A stretch of 63,018 nucleotides of DNA, the filler included, from Salisapilia sapeloensis CBS 127946 (Eukaryota; Protista; Oomycota): assembly GCA_023334545.1 (NCBI GenBank). It is 9 parts of 9 records of this genome, joined end to end, with 100 filler letters (N's around TTAATTAATTAA, not from the genome) between each part and the next. Parts side by side here need not be neighbours in the genome. Positions count along the whole stretch, not along the records: positions 30,089 to 44,818 come from JAADVB010000380.1; 8 more parts are not named here. One strand, given 5' to 3'. The notes under the pieces are model-generated. The model was not told the origin of the DNA. It did no database searches and saw only the letters and a list, made by a program, of their open reading frames with translations. This document shows, one piece after another, positions 30,382 through 40,999 of this stretch. Numbering within the stretch: the stretch's first letter is position 1; the number at the start of each line of letters is the position of its first letter. The position numbers and the translations under genes were made by a program.

Positions 30382-32802
30382 CTATTGCCAAACTACTCGT
30401 CTCATTGCTCTTGCTCCAGCAAAGTCAGCAATTAACTTCACAAGCTCTGCTGGCCATCCTCGCTTTTTGTGAAAGACACTCATCAGTGCTACTTTATGTT
30501 CCGTTTGTAGACCAAAACTACGTATCTCATACTCTAGCATGTACGATCGTTCCTGAAAGTATTTGTCTGATTCCTGCGGCGCATCCAGTCTCAATGTATG
30601 GATCGTGTTGTTGTTCTCGAGCATCCGCCCAATAGCTTCCAATCCACGACGTTCAATCGAATTACCACTCAAATCAAGGGAGCAAAGTGTTTGTGCTCTC
30701 GGATTACCCGTTGGTACTCGAGCAAGAATATTTTGATAGACAAACTTACTACTCGCACGTGGCTCTACTTCGTAGAGTAAGATGCATAGTCGAAGGATGT
30801 CTTTCCGAAAAATCTGATTGCAACTCAAATCCAATCGTGTGGGACAAAAGCTGCCTCTTTCCATTGCATCAAGCAAAGGTGCAATAGATGTAATGTCACA
30901 TCCAGAGATGTTTAACCATCTCAAGCTCGGACAAGAGTTCACTATCGTCGACAAGCAATCTTGAGTAAACGAATTGTCGTGCACATCCAATGCCTCTAGC
31001 TTGTTGCCCACGAGACGTAAGAAGCGGCGTAACCGACGAGGTGTCCAGCTTTCTGGATCGATCATACTGCTCAGATGCAAACTCTTTAGAGGAACTGGCT
31101 GTGATTCCAAATCGAAAACTTTTGGTTTAGTCTGACAAACAGAAACACTGGATGTCCACAGAGGACCATAGCCCGCTATTAATACTAAGATCCATTTTGA
31201 TCCATGGCAGCATACCTGCTCGCACCAGTAGCTTTCTGGTAAAGCCAACTTCTGCACATGTTGGAGACGCTTTGCTTTGGACGACTGTGGTAAGGAAGCG
31301 TACAGTGTTGTACCCTCAAGTAAAAGAACTTCCTTCCTTTCGCTGCTTTGGAAGACGATTCCATCCATATTGGCTACCTTACTCGGGAGTAATGACTTAG
31401 TCGGACTTATCATACCAACGACGCTAGTCATGGCATTCACGTCTTGCCTTGTCAATCGGTTATACGATAGATCTAGATGCGCTACTTTGGATGTCGATTG
31501 CGGATGGAAAAGTGCAAAGGCTAACCATTTCCACGACAAACCCACATCTGCCCGACAACGATTGCACGTGCCATGCAGCGAAAGCTCGCGTACACTAGGT
31601 GAGTAGCTGTAATATATCGCTGAAAATATGGACGCCATGGATCCGTAGCTGAGTACATTGCCATCCAGCTCGAGCTTTTTCGTCTTCGATTGATTTGGCT
31701 GATTAAATGCGGAGTACAAGAGAGCAGCAAAGGGTATTTGGTAAGTCAATGCATCTGCCTCTGACAATGTATTCTTCATTGTAACGCAATCCAATCTTAA
31801 TGCATGGTTTTTTAATAGTGACTCCAGATGCAGTAAATCGGTAGAGCTAATGCCCGGGCGATCAAGATGGACTTGCCACACCTCGTAAAACAAATGAGGC
31901 CATGAACCTCCCACAAGTGGTCCTTTTGCCTTTCGGTGGCTTTGTAGAGAGGTGCATACTCTGGTCGTGTGGTTGGCTACTGCTTCTACTGCATCTCTAA
32001 AGGCTTTGAATGGGTTCGTATCATCTGTCTCCCTACGTATCAATGGATGATCTTTTCCTTTCTGCTCGCAAGTAGTGCTACCACTGTCATCCATCACAAT
32101 AGTCGGAGGCGAGCAGTCTTGTAAATTGGATTGAAAGAACTTGAATGATAATTTGATTAGGACGGGATCTAGTTTGTTGCGCATGAAGAATCGTTCTTCA
32201 AAATACTCCATTGCCTTCTGATACCGAAGCCTCGTGACACCTCTGACATTCCGTCTGGCTGTCAAGAGATGGCTACACAGCGTCATCAACCCAGGCGTCA
32301 CCTTCATGTTCGAAAAGAGCAGTGTGATGATCGGAGGTCGACGATAGTAGTCATCTCGACAGAAGCTCTGTATCAACTGCCGTTTGAGATGACAGTGCTC
32401 AGCTAAAAAGTGGATCCATAGCGGGACTGAGCTTTTGCGTCTCGTGAGGTCGTCTGAGCACTGAAAGTAGTTCGGTGGTGGGTTCGTTGCATTGCCGACC
32501 GTCAATCCAGCTCCTGCGACTGCGCATAGAATCGAAACTGCTTCTAGACGCTTTTGTAGTATGGTCCATTGATCTTCAGAATGTTCAGAGTTGCCCGGAT
32601 TGCAATAGATGACGAGAGAAAGTGGCACTGTCGTGGCAATATCGTCTCCGGAGATACCTCCTCCCATGCTTTGGGTAATATCGTTGGCGACAGTTACATT
32701 GCCGTCCAAATTGGAGCAAATTTTGATTAAATGACTTTCTGCATCACATTTAGGCCATGTACTTGGAGCATCCCAATCTCGGTTTTTTCTCTTTCGACTC
32801 AT
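30382..32802 (-). CDS. RNI-like leucine-rich repeat protein
   Basis: LxxLxLxxN repeats (LELDGN, LDLSYN, LDVHDN, LNISGC, LDLSCN, LDLSGN); long uncharacterised N-terminus. Start at MSRKRK. Confidence 0.8.
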   Translation of the reverse strand: MSRKRKNRDWDAPSTWPKCDAESHLIKICSNLDGNVTVANDITQSMGGGISGDDIATTVPLSLVIYCNPGNSEHSEDQWTILQKRLEAVSILCAVAGAGLTVGNATNPPPNYFQCSDDLTRRKSSVPLWIHFLAEHCHLKRQLIQSFCRDDYYRRPPIITLLFSNMKVTPGLMTLCSHLLTARRNVRGVTRLRYQKAMEYFEERFFMRNKLDPVLIKLSFKFFQSNLQDCSPPTIVMDDSGSTTCEQKGKDHPLIRRETDDTNPFKAFRDAVEAVANHTTRVCTSLQSHRKAKGPLVGGSWPHLFYEVWQVHLDRPGISSTDLLHLESLLKNHALRLDCVTMKNTLSEADALTYQIPFAALLYSAFNQPNQSKTKKLELDGNVLSYGSMASIFSAIYYSYSPSVRELSLHGTCNRCRADVGLSWKWLAFALFHPQSTSKVAHLDLSYNRLTRQDVNAMTSVVGMISPTKSLLPSKVANMDGIVFQSSERKEVLLLEGTTLYASLPQSSKAKRLQHVQKLALPESYWCEQVCCHGSKWILVLIAGYGPLWTSSVSVCQTKPKVFDLESQPVPLKSLHLSSMIDPESWTPRRLRRFLRLVGNKLEALDVHDNSFTQDCLSTIVNSCPSLRWLNISGCDITSIAPLLDAMERGSFCPTRLDLSCNQIFRKDILRLCILLYEVEPRASSKFVYQNILARVPTGNPRAQTLCSLDLSGNSIERRGLEAIGRMLENNNTIHTLRLDAPQESDKYFQERSYMLEYEIRSFGLQTEHKVALMSVFHKKRGWPAELVKLIADFAGARAMRRVVWQ

Positions 32803-33729
32803 CTTGGATTCAATGAACTTCAAATTGGCCGGATGATCTTTCGTGTCTAAAGTAGCTGTCGACTTTTATTTTTAAGTGGATAAAAAGTACGGAATAAAGT
32901 GGTAATTTGTGTTAGCGCACTAATTTGTGGTGTAGACTGTCTAAAATGTACGCGGATGACCAACTGACACGCAACTTTAGAATAAAAACGCTCTTTTGTT
33001 GGCACTCACATTTCCGGTGCTCCATATCATCTTGAAGGGCTTGTGCTCTAGGTGATGGAACTGAAATTACTTTCAGCTTCCGATCTGATCGACGCCAAGT
33101 GACATACCGGTTACCAAGTCGCATTGGAAGTGTTCCTATTAAATAACCGCGCAATCATGAGTATCACTCGTTTTCTGGCGATCAATGTACGAAGACTTAT
33201 GGAGCGATGACGTCATGTCGGCAGAAACATGCTGCGGTATATCCTGATGATCCTTGCGTTTCAACTCGTGCAAGCACACATGAATGTGGTATTTTGTGCG
33301 GATTATTACTTTTCCTTTCAATTTCCAAAGGTACCATCATAATAACAAAGCTCTTTTTTTATCTATGTGGTCTTTGCTTCGGTTTAGAGGCGATCAAGAA
33401 GACAGCGATCAATGCGCCAAGCTCATTCTGAGCATAATAAATCCCCAGCGATCTGTTTAACAAAATGGCATTTTGTAGTTTATATACTCTTTATAAAATT
33501 CCTCATTTAAAGATCTATAAATGTAATTTATGCTAGTAAATACGCACATCTAAAAGTATGAATCAAAAAGATTTCTTACAACATGGCTCCATGACACAAA
33601 ATTAAGAACCGTCCACGTCGCCTGCGTGTCGATTAGGGCTAGGGGTTCCATGAAGCGCGTCGATGGGCCTTCGCCAGCCGCCACCCGATAAAATCCTATT
33701 GCGTCATTCCGAGTCCCGTTCTCGTATCG

Positions 33730-33745
33730 CCTCATTCCTTCATTT
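33730..33745 (+). promoter_or_regulatory. INR+FPR core promoter of acetyl-CoA carboxylase
   Basis: CCTCATTCCTTCATTT matches 15/16 of GCTCATTYBNNNWTTY; predicted TSS is 74 nt before the ATG. Confidence 0.75.
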
Positions 33746-33807
33746 GCCAAGGGCCCGTACAACGGCCATCCGAATCCCCGTTTCCTATATCAAGCCTATC
33801 AACCACT

Positions 33808-36800
33808 ATGGCTGAACCTGGAGCTGACCAGCCAGCCCCTTCGTTCCCGTCCGTCGAAAAGTATGTCGCCGACCGCGGTGGCACCAAGCCCATCAAATCG
33901 ATCCTCATTGCCAACAACGGTATCTCGGCCGTCAAAGCGATTCGAAGTATTCGTAAATGGAGTTACGAAGTGTTCGCTGATGAGCGATTGATCTCCTTTG
34001 TTGTCATGGCCACGCCAGAGGATTTGCGTGCCAACGCCGAGTACATCCGTATGGCCGAACATATCGTCGAAGTGCCTGGCGGAGCGAACAACCACAACTA
34101 CGCCAACGTCGGTCTCATCGTGGATATCGCCGAGCGATTCCAGGTGGACGCCGTTTGGGCTGGATGGGGTCACGCGTCCGAGAACCCTGCGCTGCCGGAC
34201 GCGCTCGACGCCGCTGGCATCGTCTTCATCGGCCCTCCGTCCAAGCCCATGAAAGCTCTTGGAGACAAAATCGGGAGTACTATTATCGCCCAAAGTGCGA
34301 ACGTCCCGACCATTGGCTGGAACGGTGACGGCATTGAAGTCGACTACGCTAAGCAAGGCTCTATCCCGGACGACGTCTACGCGTCTGCTCAGCTTAAGGA
34401 TGGACCTCACTGTCTTGAAGAGTGTAAGCGTATTGGCTTCCCTGTTATGATCAAGGCAAGTGAAGGTGGCGGAGGAAAAGGTATTCGTAAATGCACGGAC
34501 GAATCGCAGGTGCTCAGTGCTTGGGACGCCGTGTGCGGTGAAATTCCAGGCAGTCCCATCTTCGTCATGAAGCTTGCGCCTCAGTCTCGCCATCTTGAAG
34601 TCCAGTTGCTTGCCGATCAATACGGTAACGCCATTGCTCTCAGTGGACGTGACTGCTCCGTCCAGCGTCGTCACCAGAAGATTGTGGAAGAGGGCCCTGT
34701 GCTCGCGCCTTCGCCGGAAACGTGGAACAACATGATGAATGCTGCGACCCGTTTGGCGCGTGAAGTCCAGTACGTCAACGCTGGTACGGTCGAATACTTG
34801 TTCCTGGACTCGGAAGACAAAGAAGAATCCTTCTTCTTCCTGGAGCTTAACCCTCGTCTGCAAGTGGAACACCCCGTCACGGAAATGATTACGAACGTGA
34901 ACTTACCTGCCGCTCAATTGCAAGTGGCCATGGGTATCCCTCTCCACCGTATCCCCAGTGTCCGTCATCTGTACAACAAGGAAGAGTTCGGCACGGAAGA
35001 AATTGACTTCTTGACGGAGCACCAGCGACCTCCTCACGGCCACGTCATTGCCGCTCGTATCACGGCAGAAGACCCGAACGCTGGTTTCCAGCCGACGAGT
35101 GGTGCGATCAAGGAGCTCAATTTCCGTAGTGCTCCGGATGTGTGGGGATACTTCTCTGTCGACTCGTCTGGTCAAGTCCACGAGTTTGCGGACTCTCAGA
35201 TCGGTCACTTGTTCTCCTGGAGTCACTCGCGTGACCGCGCTCGTAAGAACATGGTGCTTGCGCTCAAGGAGCTTTCCATTCGTGGTGACATCCACACCAC
35301 AGTCGAGTACATTGTGACGATGATGGAGTCTGATGACTTCAAGTACAACCGCATCCACACCGGATGGCTCGATGAGCGTATCGCTAGACACAAGGAAGTC
35401 CGCTTGCACGGTCGTCCGAACCCACTCATGGTCGTGCTTGTCGGCGCTGTCTGCCAAGCTTTCCAGTCCTCCAACGCGAGACAACAAGAGTACGTCTCTC
35501 AGTTGGAGCGTGGTCAAGTGCCCGGCAAAGACTTGTTGGCTCAGAGCGAAGACTTGGAACTCATCTACGAAGGCATCAAGTACAACCTGACTGCTGCTCG
35601 CAGTGGTCCAATCCACTTTACGCTCTTCTGCAACGGTTCGTACGTGCAAGTGGAAGTCCGTACGCTATCCGATGGAGGATTCCTCGTTCTTCTGAACGGC
35701 AAATCCCACGTGGCCTACGCTACCAAGGAAGCGCAGGGACTGCGTCTTGTCGTCGATGGCAACACGTGCGTCTTCACCAAGGAGTACGACCCCACTCGTC
35801 TTGTCACGCACACAGCCGGTAAGCTCGCTCGCTACCTTGTTGAGGATGGTGCTCGTCTCCGTCGCAACACGCCGTTCGCTGAGCTTGAAGTGATGAAAAT
35901 GTACATGCCGATGCTGACGCCAGAGGACGGTTCCATCCACTTTGTCAAGTCGGAAGGTGCCGTGCTTGCTCCTGGTGACTGCATCGCCACCATGGAATTG
36001 GACGATCCTTCTTGCGTGAAGAAGTCTGACGTGTACGAAGGAAAGCTTCCTCAGCCGGAAGAATCGCAGCGTGACGCTGAAAAGCCACTCGTCAAGTGGC
36101 GTCAGGCGCTCGCTATGCTACGCACGGTGATGGAAGGTTACGTCGTGCCGAACGATCGCATCTCGTCTGCTGTCCAGGACCTCTTCTCGGCTTTGGAGAA
36201 CCCGCAGCTACCTGCGGAAGAGCTTCGTGCGTCGCTATCGTCTCTTTCTGGCCGTATCCCGCTCGAAGTCTTCGAGCAGATGACGGAAAAGATCGAGCGT
36301 TTCCGCCACTTGCCCAAGGACGATACGTCTACCTTTGACACGAACGAGGTGCTCAAGGTCTTGGACGACTACAAGAATAGTCTTGACGGCGACCGTGCTG
36401 CTGCTGACTTTGACGCGAGTGTCTCGACGCTCCGTGATGTCGCTGAAAAGTACAAGGACGGCTGGCGCTCGGCTCTTGAGGCCGTGTTGTCGGACCTCGT
36501 GAGCGAGTACTTCCAGGCCGAGTCCGCGTACTCTCGTGCTGGTAACTTGGAAGACATCATCCTGAGCTTGCGTGCGCAGTACGCGAGTGACTTAAACACG
36601 GTGTACTCTATCGCTCGTTCGCACGAAGCCTTGAAGACTAAGAACGACGTCCTGTTGCAGCTGTTGAACCACGTTGCCAGCAAGACCGGCAAGCGTGGCA
36701 TGTCCACTCGTCTCCAGGCTCTGCTCGAGGATCTTGCCAACCTCGGCGCCAACGCCTACTCTCGCGTTGCGCTTGAAGCTCGTCAACTGCTTATCACGAG

Positions 36801-39800
36801 CAAGACTCCTACGTACCGTGATCGTTTGGAGCAGGTGGAGCAAATGGTGCGTGACTTGGTCAAGTCTGGTGAACGCACGGACTTGTCGACGCAGTTCCAA
36901 GACTTGTTGGACCACTCGCAGCCGCTATTCGATCTGTTGATCTCGCTTTTGGACCACGAAGATGTGAGCATCCGCGACATGGCGCTCGAGCTTTATATCC
37001 GCCGTGTCTACCGCTCGTACGCGATCGAAGCGATGGAGTCTCGAACGGAAGGTGAGCTTCTCGCGAAGAAGTTCGAATTCCGAAGTCCTGCCAGCGATGC
37101 CTTCTCCGTCGGCGTTGCTCCTGCTGAAAGTTACGACGATCTCGCCAACCTGCTGCGTCGTAGCAACAGCAGCACCACGAGCCTTTCCGAAAGTCAGTCT
37201 GACGATGAAAGCAACAAGCCTTCCAAGGTATCTTCCGACAGTGTGCGTCATGGTGCCATCGTCCGCTTCCCGACCATGGAAGCTACCAAGAGCAACTTTA
37301 AGCAAGTGCTCGGCATGTTCCCGGAAGCGCAGCCTTCGCTCTCCATGGCCAAGAACCCTCCGATCCACGTTCTCCACATCATTCTGCTCGACGAAAGCAG
37401 CGATGAACCTTCCTTGATCGAAAAGGCCAAAGCCTTCCTCAAGGAGTCCGCGAGTGACCTGCGCTCGCACGGCATCCGTCGCGTCACCTTTGCTGTGCGC
37501 TCGAGGCAGATCACTGAGAGCGGTGTTGCTGCCGAGAGCTTCCAGTACCCGGGCATCTACACGTTCCCAAGCCGACTGGAGTTCAGCGAAGACAAGATTG
37601 TGCGTCACATTGAGGCGCCACTCGCCTACAAGCTCGAGCTGCGTCGTCTACGTGACTACCGTGTCACGCCGCTGTCTTCGGACAACAAGAATGTGCACTT
37701 GTACCTCGCTCGCACGAAGGAATCGGCTATGTCTCCGGAATCCCTCCAGCGTCTATTTGTCCGTGCTGTTGTCCGTACGCTCGACCGTGCTGGCGATGAC
37801 ATCTCTCACTCGCAGTACGATGCGTACCCTGGTCCGGAGAGACTTCTCGTAGATGCTATGAACGCATTGGAGCTGGCATTGGGCAGCGAACGTGTCCAGT
37901 CCACTGGACTCGAGACCAAGAACAACCATGTCTTCTTGAACGTCCTGCCGGAAGCCATTGTCGACCCGCAGTACCTCGAAGGTGTGATCCGCATCATGGC
38001 TTCTCGATACGCCGAGCGTCTGGCGCAGCTTAAGGTCGGTCAAGTGGAGCTCAAGATCAATGCTCGCTTCACTAAGGACTCTGCTTCCATCCCTGTTCGT
38101 CTCATTGCTAGCAACCCCACGGGTTACGTCATGCGTGTGGAGGCGTACGTTGAGACGGCGGGTGCGGAAGAACCGATCTTGACGTCCATTGGTGGCGAGA
38201 CCCATGGTGAGCTCGATGGCATGCCCGTCAGCACGCCATACCCAGTGTCGTTCCCGTTCTCTCGCAAGCGTGAGATGGCGCAGCGCATGTCCAACGCCGT
38301 GTACGTGTACGACTTCTTGGAGCTGATTGAGCACTCTCTCGTTCGTTCTTGGCGCCACTACGTCCGCCAACGCGTCAAGAGCGGAGATCAGACTGCTTCC
38401 GTCCCGAGTGTCGTCCTCGAACCGAAGGAGCTCATTCTCAATGAAAACGAGGATGGCGTCGAGGTCACGGAACGTGCTCGTGGTGAGAACAAGATCGGCA
38501 TGGTCGCATGGCTGCTCAAGCTGTACACGCCCGAGTTCCCTCGTGGACGTGAGATCGTGATCATCGCGAACGATATCACGTTCAAGGCTGGTAGTTTCGG
38601 TACCCGCGAAGACCGCCTCTTCGAATTGGCTTCCAAGCTTGCTCGTGAAAAGGGTGTGCCGCGTCTCTTCTTCTCTGCCAACGCCGGTGCTCGTATCGGC
38701 ATGGCGGAGTCCATCAAGCCGCTGTTCAAGGTGTGCTGGAAGGACGCTACGGACCCACTCAAGGGCTTCGAGTACCTCTACTTGACCCCAGAGGACTACG
38801 CCAAGGCTTCTGCCGAAGAAGCTGTCAAGGCCAAGCGTATCACCACGAACGATGGTGAGGAGCGATACATGCTCACCGACGTCATCGGTAAGGAAGAGGA
38901 TCTTGGTGTCGAATGTCTCAGAGGCAGTGGTACCATCGCTGGTGAAACTTCGCGTGCTTACCAGGACATCTTCACGCTGACGTACGCGTGTGGTCGTAGT
39001 GTCGGTATCGGTGCTTACCTTGTGCGTCTTGGACACCGTACGGTACAGAATGAGACGCACTCGCCTATTATCTTGACGGGTCACCAAGCCTTGAACAAGC
39101 TCATGGGTCGTGCCGTCTACACTTCCAACGATCAGTTGGGAGGTATCAAGATCATGCACACAAACGGTGTCACGCACGTCAAGGCGAAGAACCACATGCA
39201 CGGCATCCACTCCATCCTCGAGTGGCTGTCGTTCGTCCCGGCCGTTCGCCGTGGTCCGCTTCCGATTCGTGACATTGCTGGTCTCGACGAAGTCGAACGC
39301 CCTGTCAGCTTCTACCCGGAGGGCAAGAACACGCAGTACGACCCGCGTGAGTTGCTCAACGGTAAGGTCGACGAGACGACTGGCGAATGGATCTCTGGAT
39401 TCATGGACAAGGATTCCTTCTGTGAGTCGCTCGATGGATGGGCTCGCAGTGTCGTCACTGGTCGCGCTCGTCTTGGTGGCATCCCGTGTGGTGTTGTCAT
39501 CACGGAAGTGCGCTCGGCCGAGAAGGTCGTGCCAGCTGACCCTGCCGCTCCTGCCACGCAAGAGAACTTGGTCCAGCAAGCAGGTCAAGTGTGGTTCCCG
39601 GACTCTGCCCACAAGACTGCGACTGCGATCAAGGACTTGAAGGGAGAGGACCTGCCGCTATTCATCTTCGCCAACTGGCGTGGATTCTCCGGTGGCCAGC
39701 GTGACATGTTCGACGAAGTGCTCAAGTTCGGTGCGGCCATTGTCGATGGACTTGCCAGCTTCGAGCAGCCCGTATTCGTGTACATTCCGCCATTTGCTGA

Positions 39801-40611
39801 GCTGCGTGGTGGTGCGTGGGCCGTCGTGGACCCCACCATCAACAGCGAGATCATGGAAATGTACGCTGATCCGGCTGGTCGTGGTGGTGTGCTCGAGCCT
39901 GCTGGTCTCATTGAGATCAAATACCGTAAGAAGCAGCTGCTTGAGACCATGCACCGCCTTGATGCCAAGGTCATGTCGCTCGACCAGCAGCTCCAGGCTG
40001 TTAACAGTGACGATGAGGCCGAGAAGCTTCGTCTCAAGGACGAGATCAAGAAGCGTGAAGATGCCCTCTTGCCAGTGTACGTCCAGGTGGCCACGGAGTT
40101 CGCCGACTTGCACGACACGCCAGGCCGCATGAAGGCCAAGCACTGCATCCGCGAAGTCGTCGAGTGGCGCAACTCGCGTACGTACTTCTACTGGCGTCTC
40201 AAGCGTCGTCTCGAGGAGTTCTCGCTTCGTCGGGAGCTTGTCGCTCGCAGCTCAGCGCACATCGGCTTCCAAGAGGCTGAAACCTACTTGCAGGCTTGGT
40301 TCACGGAAGCCGTGAACGGAGGTCGTGTCTCGCGCGAGAACAACGTGTCCGTGGCTGAGCTCTGGAGCACGAAGGACCGTGACGTGCTTCTCTGGTTCGC
40401 TAGCGACAAGGACGCTATCCGTGAGCGCATTGAAGCTTTGGGTCGTGAGAAGTTGGCCGCTCAAGTTGTGGAACTTGGTCGTACGGACCCGAAGGCTGCT
40501 GTCGCTGGTATCCTCGAGTTGCTGCCTCAGCTTAGCGAGAAGGACCGCGAGGAAGCCTTGTCTACGTTGCGTCGTGGCTCCATCTTCCACCGAAGTAACA
40601 GCTCGGCCTAA
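33808..40611 (+). CDS. ACC1: Acetyl-CoA carboxylase, multidomain eukaryotic type (2267 aa)
   Basis: Biotin carboxylase (ILIANNG, GGGGKG, RDCSVQRRHQK, ELNPRLQVEHP), biotinylation site EVMKM, carboxyltransferase (ANDITF, GARIG, ANWRGFSGGQ). Intronless. Confidence 0.99.
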   Translation: MAEPGADQPAPSFPSVEKYVADRGGTKPIKSILIANNGISAVKAIRSIRKWSYEVFADERLISFVVMATPEDLRANAEYIRMAEHIVEVPGGANNHNYANVGLIVDIAERFQVDAVWAGWGHASENPALPDALDAAGIVFIGPPSKPMKALGDKIGSTIIAQSANVPTIGWNGDGIEVDYAKQGSIPDDVYASAQLKDGPHCLEECKRIGFPVMIKASEGGGGKGIRKCTDESQVLSAWDAVCGEIPGSPIFVMKLAPQSRHLEVQLLADQYGNAIALSGRDCSVQRRHQKIVEEGPVLAPSPETWNNMMNAATRLAREVQYVNAGTVEYLFLDSEDKEESFFFLELNPRLQVEHPVTEMITNVNLPAAQLQVAMGIPLHRIPSVRHLYNKEEFGTEEIDFLTEHQRPPHGHVIAARITAEDPNAGFQPTSGAIKELNFRSAPDVWGYFSVDSSGQVHEFADSQIGHLFSWSHSRDRARKNMVLALKELSIRGDIHTTVEYIVTMMESDDFKYNRIHTGWLDERIARHKEVRLHGRPNPLMVVLVGAVCQAFQSSNARQQEYVSQLERGQVPGKDLLAQSEDLELIYEGIKYNLTAARSGPIHFTLFCNGSYVQVEVRTLSDGGFLVLLNGKSHVAYATKEAQGLRLVVDGNTCVFTKEYDPTRLVTHTAGKLARYLVEDGARLRRNTPFAELEVMKMYMPMLTPEDGSIHFVKSEGAVLAPGDCIATMELDDPSCVKKSDVYEGKLPQPEESQRDAEKPLVKWRQALAMLRTVMEGYVVPNDRISSAVQDLFSALENPQLPAEELRASLSSLSGRIPLEVFEQMTEKIERFRHLPKDDTSTFDTNEVLKVLDDYKNSLDGDRAAADFDASVSTLRDVAEKYKDGWRSALEAVLSDLVSEYFQAESAYSRAGNLEDIILSLRAQYASDLNTVYSIARSHEALKTKNDVLLQLLNHVASKTGKRGMSTRLQALLEDLANLGANAYSRVALEARQLLITSKTPTYRDRLEQVEQMVRDLVKSGERTDLSTQFQDLLDHSQPLFDLLISLLDHEDVSIRDMALELYIRRVYRSYAIEAMESRTEGELLAKKFEFRSPASDAFSVGVAPAESYDDLANLLRRSNSSTTSLSESQSDDESNKPSKVSSDSVRHGAIVRFPTMEATKSNFKQVLGMFPEAQPSLSMAKNPPIHVLHIILLDESSDEPSLIEKAKAFLKESASDLRSHGIRRVTFAVRSRQITESGVAAESFQYPGIYTFPSRLEFSEDKIVRHIEAPLAYKLELRRLRDYRVTPLSSDNKNVHLYLARTKESAMSPESLQRLFVRAVVRTLDRAGDDISHSQYDAYPGPERLLVDAMNALELALGSERVQSTGLETKNNHVFLNVLPEAIVDPQYLEGVIRIMASRYAERLAQLKVGQVELKINARFTKDSASIPVRLIASNPTGYVMRVEAYVETAGAEEPILTSIGGETHGELDGMPVSTPYPVSFPFSRKREMAQRMSNAVYVYDFLELIEHSLVRSWRHYVRQRVKSGDQTASVPSVVLEPKELILNENEDGVEVTERARGENKIGMVAWLLKLYTPEFPRGREIVIIANDITFKAGSFGTREDRLFELASKLAREKGVPRLFFSANAGARIGMAESIKPLFKVCWKDATDPLKGFEYLYLTPEDYAKASAEEAVKAKRITTNDGEERYMLTDVIGKEEDLGVECLRGSGTIAGETSRAYQDIFTLTYACGRSVGIGAYLVRLGHRTVQNETHSPIILTGHQALNKLMGRAVYTSNDQLGGIKIMHTNGVTHVKAKNHMHGIHSILEWLSFVPAVRRGPLPIRDIAGLDEVERPVSFYPEGKNTQYDPRELLNGKVDETTGEWISGFMDKDSFCESLDGWARSVVTGRARLGGIPCGVVITEVRSAEKVVPADPAAPATQENLVQQAGQVWFPDSAHKTATAIKDLKGEDLPLFIFANWRGFSGGQRDMFDEVLKFGAAIVDGLASFEQPVFVYIPPFAELRGGAWAVVDPTINSEIMEMYADPAGRGGVLEPAGLIEIKYRKKQLLETMHRLDAKVMSLDQQLQAVNSDDEAEKLRLKDEIKKREDALLPVYVQVATEFADLHDTPGRMKAKHCIREVVEWRNSRTYFYWRLKRRLEEFSLRRELVARSSAHIGFQEAETYLQAWFTEAVNGGRVSRENNVSVAELWSTKDRDVLLWFASDKDAIRERIEALGREKLAAQVVELGRTDPKAAVAGILELLPQLSEKDREEALSTLRRGSIFHRSNSSA

Positions 40612-40999
40612 GACATGATGGACGTAGGACTTGCAGGGAAATCTTTCAGTTAGGTGTTTGGCAAATCAAGAATGCAATTTCCATTTAGGTAATTTTCACA
40701 TTTGTGTTTCGGTGCAACCTTTAAGGCAACTTGTCATTGCGTTCTGCTCGTATGGAAAACTATTTTGCTTGCTTGTCATCAATCAGCAGTACATGAGCAT
40801 ATTTACTTCAATGAGAATACGGTGATAATGGACAGTCTTCTTTGCCATCGCATCAACGTTTCGACTACATCATTGCCAAGATTTAAATGACAGCATCTTT
40901 GGCTATCACTTCTTCGTCTACTAGCATGCAACCAGGACAGTAGGAAGGCAGAAAGAACTAGGGTAATTAATGGAGCATGCATTTGCCTTTCATTCACAG

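Noticed and set aside
33799-40590. Long antisense ORFs opposite ACCase (for example 37753-39612) and similar ones opposite the flippase, MATEs and TrpRS
   Set aside because: Expected shadow of strong C/G third-position bias; no ATG plus promoter and no portion outside the sense gene, unlike the retrotransposon antisense ORF.
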